From: Eledone cirrhosa
Lineage: Eukaryota
Assembly: GCA_964016885.1 (NCBI GenBank)
Contig: OZ024741.1
Span: forward strand, 358,670,001-358,734,000
Length of the DNA stretch: 64,000 bases
Direction: 5' to 3'
The notes under the pieces were generated by a model that had not been told where the DNA came from, searched no databases, and was given only the letters and a program-made list of their open reading frames with translations. The translations under genes and the position numbers were made by a program. Numbering within the stretch: the stretch's first letter is position 1; every line of letters starts with the position of its first letter. Positions 13,201-23,822 of this stretch are shown piece by piece.

Positions 13201-16200
13201 TTACTATTGTCTATATTACTATTGTGTATGTAGCTATTGTCTATGTTGCCAGAGTATATGTTACTATTGTCTATATTACTATTGTGTATGTAGCTATTGT
13301 CTATGTTGCCAGAGTATATGTTACTATTGTCTATATTACTATTGTGTATGTAGCTATTGTCTATGTTGCCAGAGTACATGTTACTATTGTCTATATTACT
13401 ATTGTGTATGTAGCTATTGTCTATGTTGCCAGAGTACATGTTACTATTGTCTATATTACTATTGTGTATGTAGCTATTGTCTATGTTGCCAGAGTATATG
13501 TTACTATTGTCTATATTACTATTGTGTATGTAGCTATTGTCTATGTTGCCAGAGTACATGTTACTATTGTCTATATTACTATTGTGTATGTAGCTATTGT
13601 CTATGTTGCCAGAGTACATGTTACTATTGTCTATATTACTATTGTGTATGTAGCTATTGTCTATGTTGCCAGAGTACATGTTACTATTGTCTATATTACT
13701 ATTGTGTATGTAGCTATTGTCTATGTTGCCAGAGTATATGTTACTATTGTCTATATTACTATTGTGTATGTAGCTATTGTCTATGTTGCCAGAGTACATG
13801 TTACTATTGTCTATATTACTATTGTGTATGTAGCTATTGTCTATGTTGCCAGAGTATATGTTACTATTGTCTATATTACTATTGTGTATGTAGCTATTGT
13901 CTATGTTGCCAGAGTATATGTTACTATTGTCTATATTACTATTGTGTATGTAGCTATTGTCTATGTTGCCAGAGTATATGTTACTATTGTCTATATTACT
14001 ATTGTGTATGTAGCTATTGTCTATGTTGCCAGAGTACATGTTACTATTGTCTATATTACTATTGTGTATGTAGCTATTGTCTATGTTGCCAGAGTACATG
14101 TTACTATTGTCTATATTACTATTGTGTATGTAGCTATTGTCTATGTTGCCAGAGTATATGTTACTATTGTCTATATTACTATTGTGTATGTAGCTATTGT
14201 CTATGTTGCCAGAGTACATGTTACTATTGTCTATATTACTATTGTGTATGTAGCTATTGTCTATGTTGCCAGAGTACATGTTACTATTGTCTATATTACT
14301 ATTGTGTATGTAGCTATTGTCTATGTTGCCAGAGTACATGTTACTATTGTCTATATTACTATTGTGTATGTAGCTATTGTCTATGTTGCCAGAGTATATG
14401 TTACTATTGTCTATATTACTATTGTGTATGTAGCTATTGTCTATGTTGCCAGTGTACATGTTACTATTGTCTATATTACTATTGTGTATGTAGCTATTGT
14501 CTATGTTGCCAGAGTATATGTTACTATTGTCTATATTACTATTGTGTATGTAGCTATTGTCTATGTTGCCAGAGTATATGTTACTATTGTCTATATTACT
14601 ATTGTGTATGTAGCTATTGTCTATGTTGCCAGAGTACATGTTATTATTGTCTATATTACTATTGTGTATGTAGCTATTGTCTATGTTGCCAGAGTATATG
14701 TTACTATTGTCTATATTACTATTGTGTATGTAGCTATTGTCTATGTTGCCAGAGTACATGTTACTATTGTCTATATTACTATTGTGTATGTAGCTATTGT
14801 CTATGTTGCCAGAGTATATGTTACTATTGTCTATATTACTATTGTGTATGTAGCTATTGTCTATGTTGCCAGAGTATATGTTACTATTGTCTATATTACT
14901 ATTGTGTATGTAGCTATTGTCTATGTTGCCAGAGTACATGTTACTATTGTCTATATTACTATTGTGTATGTAGCTATTGTTTATGTTGCCAGAGTACATG
15001 TTACTATTGTCTATATTACTATTGTGTATGTAGCTATTGTCTATGTTGCCAGAGTACATGTTACTATTGTCTATATTACTATTGTGTATGTAGCTATTGT
15101 CTATGTTGCCAGAGTACATGTTACTATTGTCTATATTACTATTGTGTATGTAGCTATTGTCTATGTTGCCAGAGTATATGTTACTATTGTCTATATTACT
15201 ATTGTGTATGTAGCTATTGTCTATGTTGCCAGAGTACATGTTACTATTGTCTATATTACTATTGTGTATGTAGCTATTGTCTATGTTGCCAGAGTACATG
15301 TTACTATTGTCTATATTACTATTGTGTATGTAGCTATTGTCTATGTTGCCAGAGTATATGTTACTATTGTCTATATTACTATTGTGTATGTAGCTATTGT
15401 CTATGTTGCCAGAGTACATGTTACTATTGTCTATATTACTATTGTGTATGTAGCTATTGTCTATGTTGCCAGAGTACATGTTACTATTGTCTATATTACT
15501 ATTGTGTATGTAGCTATTGTCTATGTTGCCAGAGTACATGTTACTATTGTCTATATTACTATTGTGTATGTAGCTATTGTCTATGTTGCCAGAGTATATG
15601 TTACTATTGTCTATATTACTATTGTGTATGTAGCTATTGTCTATGTTGCCAGAGTACATGTTACTATTGTCTATATTACTATTGTGTATGTAGCTATTGT
15701 CTATGTTGCCAGAGTATATGTTACTATTGTCTATATTACTATTGTGTATGTAGCTATTGTCTATGTTGCCAGAGTACATGTTACTATTGTCTATATTACT
15801 ATTGTGTATGTAGCTATTGTCTATGTTGCCAGAGTACATGTTACTATTGTCTATATTACTATTGTGTATGTAGCTATTGTCTATGTTGCCAGAGTACATG
15901 TTACTATTGTCTATATTACTATTGTCTATATTACTATTGTGTATGTAGCTATTGTCTATGTTGCCAGAGTATATGTTACTATTGTCTATATTACTATTGT
16001 GTATGTAGCTATTGTCTATGTTGCCAGAGTACATGTTACTATTGTCTATATTACTATTGTGTATGTAGCTATTGTCTATGTTGCCAGAGTACATGTTACT
16101 ATTGTCTATATTACTATTGTGTATGTAGCTATTGTCTATGTTGCCAGAGTACATGTTACTATTGTCTATATTACTATTGTGTATGTAGCTATTGTCTATG

Positions 16201-18283
16201 TTGCCAGAGTACATGTTACTATTGTCTATATTACTATTGTGTATGTAGCTATTGTCTATGTTGCCAGAGTATATGTTACTATTGTCTATATTACTATTGT
16301 GTATGTAGCTATTGTCTATGTTGCCAGTGTACATGTTACTATTGTCTATATTACTATTGTGTATGTAGCTATTGTCTATGTTGCCAGAGTATATGTTACT
16401 ATTGTCTATATTACTATTGTGTATGTAGCTATTGTCTATGTTGCCAGAGTACATGTTACTATTGTCTATATTACTATTGTGTATGTAGCTATTGTCTATG
16501 TTGCCAGAGTATATGTTACTATTGTCTATATTACTATGTTACTATTGTCTATATTACTATTGTGTATGTAGCTATTGTCTATGTTGCCAGAGTACATGTT
16601 ACTATTGTCTATATTACTATTGTGTATGTAGCTATTGTTTATGTTGCCAGAGTACATGTTACTATTGTCTATATTACTATTGTGTATGTTGCTATTGTCT
16701 ATGTTGCCAGAGTACATGTTACTATTGTCTATATTACTATTGTGTATGTAGCTATTGTCTATGTTGCCAGAGTACATGTTACTATTGTCTATATTACTAT
16801 TGTGTATGTAGCTATTGTCTATGTTGCCAGAGTATATGTTACTATTGTCTATATTACTATTGTGTATGTAGCTATTGTCTATGTTGCCAGAGTACATGTT
16901 ACTATTGTCTATATTACTATTGTGTATGTAGCTATTGTCTATGTTGCCAGAGTACATGTTACTATTGTCTATATTACTATTGTGTATGTAGCTATTGTCT
17001 ATGTTGCCAGAGTATATGTTACTATTGTCTATATTACTATTGTGTATGTAGCTATTGTCTATGTTGCCAGAGTATATGTTACTATTGTCTATATTACTAT
17101 TGTGTATGTAGCTATTGTCTATGTTGCCAGAGTATATTTTACTATTGTCTATATTACTATTGTGTATGTAGCTATTGTCTATGTTGCCAGAGTATATGTT
17201 ACTATTGTCTATATTACTATTGTGTATGTAGCTATTATCTATGTTGCCAGAGTATATGTTACTATTGTCTATATTACTATTGTGTATGTAGCTATTGTCT
17301 ATGTTGCCAGAGTATATGTTACTATTGTCTATATTACTATTGTGTATGTAGCTATTATCTATGTTGCCAGAGTACATGTTACTATTGTCTATATTACTAT
17401 TGTGTATGTAGCTATTGCCTATGTTGCCAGAGTATATGTTACTATTGTCTATATTACTATTGTGTATGTAGCTATTGTCTATGTTGCCAGAGTATATGTT
17501 ACTATTGTCTATATTACTATTGTGTATGTAGCTATTGTCTATGTTGCCAGAGTACATGTTACTATTGTCTATATTACTATTGTGTATGTAGCTATTGTCT
17601 ATGTTGCCAGAGTATATGTTACTATTGTCTATATTACTATTGTGTATGTAGCTATTGTCTATGTTGCCAGAGTATATGTTACTATTGTCTATATTACTAT
17701 TGTGTATGTAGCTATTGTCTATGTTGCCAGAGTACATGTTACTATTGTCTATATTACTATTGTGTATGTAGCTATTGTCTATGTTGCCAGAGTATATGTT
17801 ACTATTGTCTATATTACTATTGTGTATGTAGCTATTGTCTATGTTGCCAGAGTATATGTTACTATTGTCTATATTACTATTGTGTATGTAGCTATTGTCT
17901 ATGTTGCCAGAGTACATGTTACTATTGTCTATATTACTATTGTGTATGTAGCTATTGTCTATGTTGCCAGAGTACATGTTACTATTGTCTATATTACTAT
18001 TGTGTATGTAGCTATTGTCTATGTTGCCAGAGTACATGTTACTATTGTCTATATTACTATTGTGTATGTAGCTATTGTCTATGTTGCCAGAGTACATGTT
18101 ACTATTGTCTATATTACTATTGTGTATGTAGCTATTGTCTATGTTGCCAGAGTATATGTTACTATTGTCTATATTACTATTGTGTATGTAGCTATTGTCT
18201 ATGTTGCCAGAGTATATGTTACTATTGTCTATATTACTATTGTGTATGTAGCTATTGTCTATGTTGCCAGAGTACATGTTACT
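10221..18283. repeat. 60-bp satellite, ~134 near-identical copies, intronic; unit made of four diverged 15-mers
   Basis: Unit TTACTATTGTGTATGTAGCTATTGTCTATGTTGCCAGAGTA(C/T)ATGTTACTATTGTCTATA repeats line after line. 15-bp duplications near 11941 and 15911, 23-bp duplication near 16538. Confidence 0.98.
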
Positions 18284-18370
18284 AAACTAAGTTCAGCACC
18301 ACGAAAAAAAAAAAAAAAAAAAAAATATCATTCACAGTTTCTGATTTTCTCTCATTTTCTCAAATTACAG

Positions 18371-18412
18371 TTCACTCTACACAACCGTGGGTGGTTCCAG
18401 GTACAGAATCAG
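18371..18412 (+). CDS. Micro-exon, stalk (VHSTQPWVVPGTES)
   Basis: Long pyrimidine tract then TTACAG acceptor, AG|GTAATG donor, 42 bp, phase 1-1, no stop. Confidence 0.65.
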
Positions 18413-18474
18413 GTAATGGTTTTCATCTCAAAAACAACATGTAATAAGTTATATACACCATAAATGTTAATGCA

Positions 18475-18720
18475 TGCATGGCTGAGTAGTTAAAAAGTTT
18501 GCTTCATGATCATGAGGTCCTGGGTTCGATCCCATGGTATAGCATCTTGGACAAGTGTCTTTATTAGAGCTTCAGGTTGACCTAAGTCTTGGGGGTGAAC
18601 TTGGAAAGACGTTAACTGTGTAAAAATTCATCAGATGGATTGTGCCTGTAATTCAACGGTCCAGCCTAGTCACATTGAATTGATTTGGGAATTATTTTAA
18701 AGGCACATGTGTCTGAAATA
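18475..18720 (+). mobile_element. Second tRNA-derived SINE family (related fragment at ~19224-19340)
   Basis: A-box TGGCTGAGTAGTTAA, B-box GGGTTCGATCCC, then TTGGACAAGTGTCTT; no tRNA cloverleaf 3' end. Confidence 0.6.
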
Positions 18721-19341
18721 CTTAACCACATAAATGTTATTTCATGTTTTGGAGTAGGTCCTTTTCCAGGCTTTGATGCCCTTGGAGATTTCAAAACATT
18801 CTGGGTTGGCATTCTGATTTGTAATAATTCAAAGGCAGAGTTTTGGAATAAGCCCATCACCATACATTTTTCTAAATCTGATGATATACCAATGAAAAGT
18901 AGAATGTGGGAAGGGACAGTATCATTCAGTACCCACACTCCCAGACAACGGGCCTGACTTTGACATTTAGTTGATTGAACAACTGAAGTTTTACTGTCAA
19001 ATGTAATTATGGGCCTGTTTTCATCACATCAGAAATAGCAACATCAGATGATACTCTTACAATTGATACTCTTACAACCCTCTATCAAGATTGTCAGATC
19101 ATCGTACTCTTGCAATTGTTGACTCCATTAGAGTAATTGCATAGAAAGTAGCACAACATTTAAGAAAGATAGTGGATTGTGTTAGTTAGAAAATAATGCA
19201 AAATGAAAACCTTGCTAGTATAAGCATGGCCATGTGGTTAAGATATTTGGGTTTTAGTTCAGTCTCACTGTGTGGCATATTGGGCAAATAGTCTCAGATT
19301 GACCAATGCCTTTAGAGTGAAATTTGGTTAGAAACCTGTTA

Positions 19342-21577
19342 CATCATCATCATCATCATCCTCGTTTAACGTCCACTTTCCACGCTAGCATGGGTTAGAC
19401 GGGAGTTGTCCCACTTGAGGCAAGGTTGGTCGGGTGACCGTGTCTCGCTCATATAGGACTATCTGGCAGGTTTTCTATGGCTGGATGCCCTTCCTAACAC
19501 CAACCACATTTACAGTGTGGAACTGGGAACTGGGAACTTTTTACCATGTTACCTACACGACCACATTACAGCGTGGACTGTGTTTTTCTCTCATGACACC
19601 TACACGATCTCGATCTCATTTATCTCATTTATTTGGACTGGATATTGTGGTACCAACTTTATAGAAGAGGGGGGTGTTGGTCGGAGGATAGGGTAGGGGT
19701 AGTGGATTGGGGTGTATATTTGGTTAAGAGGTGCCTACTGACTGTAGGTTTCACTTTGTACTTAGATAAGGCGGGTCTTCTGTATTACTGCGTAGCGCCA
19801 AAGATCTTGGTCCAGTGACATTGTCTTAGAGAGGTGTAAGTGTGTAAGGTCGGAATTTATCAGATCGTCCCAGGTTTTTCTGGGTCTACCTACTCCGTAA
19901 CTACCATCAATTTTGATCACCCTGCACTTTTTTATACAGCTGTCGTCTTTCATGCGCATCACGTGGCCATACCAACGTAGTCTTCTCTTGAATAAACAGC
20001 ATCTGATCCCTCTTATTCCTAATTTCTCACTTAGTTCATTTATGCTTTGCCGTTCACGTATATTACTATTACACATCCAATGGAGCATGCATGCTTCGTT
20101 CCTTTCCAGTCTACGCAGGTCCTCTGCACGCAATGCCCATGTCTCACTGTCATATAGCATTGCTGTTCGTATACAAGCATCATACAATCTGACTTTCATT
20201 TTTAGAGAGAAACCTTTTGTGGCCAACAGCGGTATAAGCTCTCTGAACTTTTTCCATCCTATTCTGACTCTGGCTACTGTACTTTCAGAACACCCTCCAC
20301 CACTGCTGATTTTGTCACCCAGGTAACGGAAAGTGTCCACTATTTCTATAGAACCATCTGGGCAATAGAAGGGGCTAGTATCCTGTGGACACTTGCTACC
20401 TATTGCACCTGAGCATCGGCCACATATAAAGTCTACGTTCTTAGATAGTTTACCTGTGATTCCACTACATCTTTTATGTACCCATACTTTGCATTTGGGA
20501 CATAAAATTGAATTTCTGCCTACTCCTTTCCTACACACTGAGCAAGGCCATTTCCCGGAGAGTACTTGTGCCTTATTTTCCTTTCTACAAACTAGGACTT
20601 TAGACAAGTTAACTTTAATGCCTTTTGATTCTAGGCCATGCTTCCATATTTGGAATTTCTTTTCTAGTTCAGCCATTGATTCAGCTATGAGCGTTAGATC
20701 ATCTGCGTATAGGAGTTCCCATGGGTAGCCGGTCTTGAACTCCTCTGTTATAGCCTGAAGGGCAATAATAAATAGGAGGGGGCTAAGGATAGAGCCTTGG
20801 TGAACACCAACTTTTACACTAAATTCTTCACAATATTCATTGTTAATTCTAACCTTACTGACTGTTTCATTATACATAGCTTGTATAGCTCTCACAAGCC
20901 ATTCATCTACATCTAGTTTTCTAAGAGCCCACCAGATAATGGAGCGGGGGACTCTGTCAAAGGCTTTTTCCAGGTCTACAAAAGCTAAGTAGAGGGGTTT
21001 ACTTTTAGCTAGGTACTTGTAGTTGTCGTACAAGGAAAAGAGCATCTGTTACCTGACACAAACCCAAACTGCATTTCATCTAGATCAATTCGCTCTCTGA
21101 TTAGTTGCGTTATAACTCTTTCTGTGACCTTCAATACCTGGTCAACTAACTTAATGCCTCTATAGTTTCCTCTATCTAGAGCATCTCCTTTACTCTTGTA
21201 GCAGTTAATGATGATGTTGCTACGCCAGTCTTTTGGTATGACCCCATTCTGTATTACTTGGTTAACTATACGGGTGACCATAGTGTCTCCCACCATACCA
21301 GATGCCTTCAACATCTCAGCAACTATCTCCGAAGGCCCAGCTGCTTTGCCTGTCTTCATATCTTTGATTGCCTTACTTATTATACTACCTTTAACTTGCA
21401 CCGCTGGTCCTTCTATTGGATAGATTTGGGGCAGACTATCTTTTTCCCACTTATTCTCCTCATTTAATAGTCTCTCGTAGTGACACTTCCAAGCTATCTT
21501 CTTATCAGCATCAGTGAGGGCAAGTACACCGTTATCATTATGGACACACTTCTCCCCGACAATATCACGGTTTTCCG

Positions 21578-21579
<2 letters not shown>
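19342..21579 (-). mobile_element. 5'-truncated RTE-clade LINE (RT + PHD-like Cys finger + 3' UTR + (GAT)n tail)
   Basis: ORFs 21009-21704 and 19762-21045: NYRGIKL, QFGF, FVDLEKAFDRV, GVHQGS, LLYADDL, FRYLG, RRLRWYGHVMR, GRPRKTW. One frameshift near 21040; (CAT)n tail on + at 19342-19360. Confidence 0.95.
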
Positions 21580-21610
<31 letters not shown>

Positions 21611-22074
21611 AGTCAATTGACAAGATCCCAGTCCTCATTTGCTGACAGAGGAAACAATATTTCCATTGGTCTTTCCAATTGCTAATACTATCTGTCAGTT
21701 GCAACTCCAGGCAAAAAGAGCAACATAAAATAATGTGTCTTGCTCAAGGACATAACACATTGCCCGGTCTGGGAATCGCGTGACTGAGTAGTTAGAGAAT
21801 TGGATTCGCAATTGTGAGGTTGTATATATATATATAAATCCAAGGGTAAGATATTGTCTTGACAAATGTATCCGCATTATGTGTGAATTTTTTAAAATTC
21901 ATATTGGTGGAGCTGACTTTAGGTTCTAATAGTGACTACCTGTAACACTTTGATTAACCTATACTTTTGTCAGACAATATGATTTATGTATGAATCATTA
22001 TTTTAATACATACATGCATACATATATATAGAATAATATATAAGGGAACAAAGAATCAGTGTTGCATATCTAAT

Positions 22075-22167
22075 TACATATTACATATGTTTCACTGCCG
22101 ATCAGCTTCAGGAATGATGGATTAATGATTGATCCTGACTCGTGTATCAGAAGCTCCTCAGATATAT
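22075..22167 (-). ncRNA. Type I hammerhead ribozyme-like motif with extended stem II
   Basis: Minus strand: ATATAT-CTGAGGA-[GCTTCTGAT...TCAGGA...TCCTGA...ATCGGCAGT]-GAAA-CATATG-TA-ATATGT. Intact core, 6-bp stem I, palindromic stem III, GUA cleavage triplet. Confidence 0.65.
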
Positions 22168-22445
22168 GTTTAAATGTAGACTTGTACCTAAGATTGGTTG
22201 CTACTTAGATAGTTATCCCGATTCATTAATTTAGGTTGCCACACACTCTGCTAAAGTAATGCATTATCATTGTATTCATCCTGTTAAATTGTATTCGGTG
22301 AAATCCCAGTGGGGGAGGCGACCTAGAACTCAGCAGCATTGCTTGGTCAAGATTGCATTTTACACTGGTCTCATATGAGCATCGAGTGCTCATCTTGGCA
22401 TACCACCTTCAGATGCAATTAATTTGCACCTCTAATACCTATATA

Positions 22446-23338
22446 CAGGGTGAGGGTGCGGACAATATCTGTTCGCAAGATTACTGTCTAGGAAAAAATA
22501 ACACAGTAGTTTTATTTTTTAAGATTTATTTATCAAACTTGGGTCAGTTTGTCTTCATGACTTGTTCTTTCGATCTCACTCGATAAACCCGCCATTGGCT
22601 TTGATGACGGCCTCAAGATGGCCTCGGAACAGGCTACAGGCCTTCATCACTATCCCCCGACTTAGGCCCCTAAAGGTACTTGTGATCCTGGCCTTCAGAT
22701 CGTCTTTCGTATTGCAGCTAGATTTATTGGTGTCTCATTCCACTGTGCCCCACACAAAGAAGTCAAGGAGGTTGCAGTCAGGCGAGCTGGGAGGCCAGAT
22801 GTCAGGTGAAGTGTGATCGACGAAGTTCTCTGACAGCCAGGCTTGGGTCTTTCAGCTGGTATGGTGTGGCGCTGAGTCTTGCTGCCACACGTACAGCCTA
22901 CCTGCAGCTACCTGGTCGATCCAGGGCTTTACTACCTCGCTCAGAACGCGGATGTAGCCATCGGTGTTCAGCTTGAGGCCCTCAGTGAAGAAGTGAGGTG
23001 GCATGATGTCACCTTGACTGCTGACGACACCTAAGACCAATGTTATCGCTGGAAACTTTGTCTGCATGACTCTGGGCATGTCTTTGGATGAGACAGCGAG
23101 CCACCTGTTGTTCTGGGAGTTGATCTTCTGGTCTTATTTGTCCTCCCGGCGGTGATTCCAAGAAGAACTCCGTGTCTCCCACAAATTTGGAGGTTCAAAA
23201 TTATTCATAATCAATTATTCTGAAAATAAATAATGGAAATATAGTCACTGTTTTTATGAAGACAAGAGTGACAACGGAAGTAAAAAAAATTTGCATAAAA
23301 TTAGCAGTTGAAAATTGTGAACAAATATCGTCTGCACC

Positions 23339-23341
<3 letters not shown>
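22446..23341 (-). mobile_element. Tc1/mariner superfamily, DD37D (maT-type) defective element
   Basis: TA|CAGGGTG...CACCCTG|TA ends. Transposase remnant YVWQQDSAPHHTS*KTQAWL...WPPSSPDCNPLD has 37 residues between the last two catalytic Asp. Confidence 0.88.
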
Positions 23342-23404
<63 letters not shown>

Positions 23405-23822
23405 AAAAAAGAAATATATAGGGGTGAAAGGTCCTGGCTGGGGGGTCCAAGGTGGAGGGTAGGGATGGCATGAGTGTGGTTGTGTGTGTGTGTTGAAGGG
23501 GAGAAATTGGTTGATGTGCATGGCTTCAGTATATGTTCCAGTGTCTTGTAAAGTAAAGTCTGTCAGGTTTTGGTTTTGTATGTGTGTACATGAGAGTATA
23601 TGTATATTATATATATATATATAATAATAAAATGTGGAGAGGAAGCATACGAGTTAGGATATATATATATATATGAAAACAGGGAGAAAGAGACGATTAT
23701 TAGGAAGAAAAATATTTTTTTTTCCTTTTTTTGTTTCTCTCTTTTTTCTGGGTTAGAAAATGATTAAAACGAAATGTTTTACTTTGTGTGAAGTGTTAAG
23801 GTATTAGTTGATTTGTTTATTA

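Noticed and set aside
10068-18463. Giant ORFs (2167, 2750, 2086, 597 and 583 aa) as real proteins, e.g. keratin-associated or amyloid-like
   Set aside because: They result from a stop-free 60-bp monomer read in three frames on both strands. Variants show no synonymous bias, a 23-bp duplication swaps frames, there is no signal peptide, and the ORF crossing exon 18371 is in a different frame from the exon.
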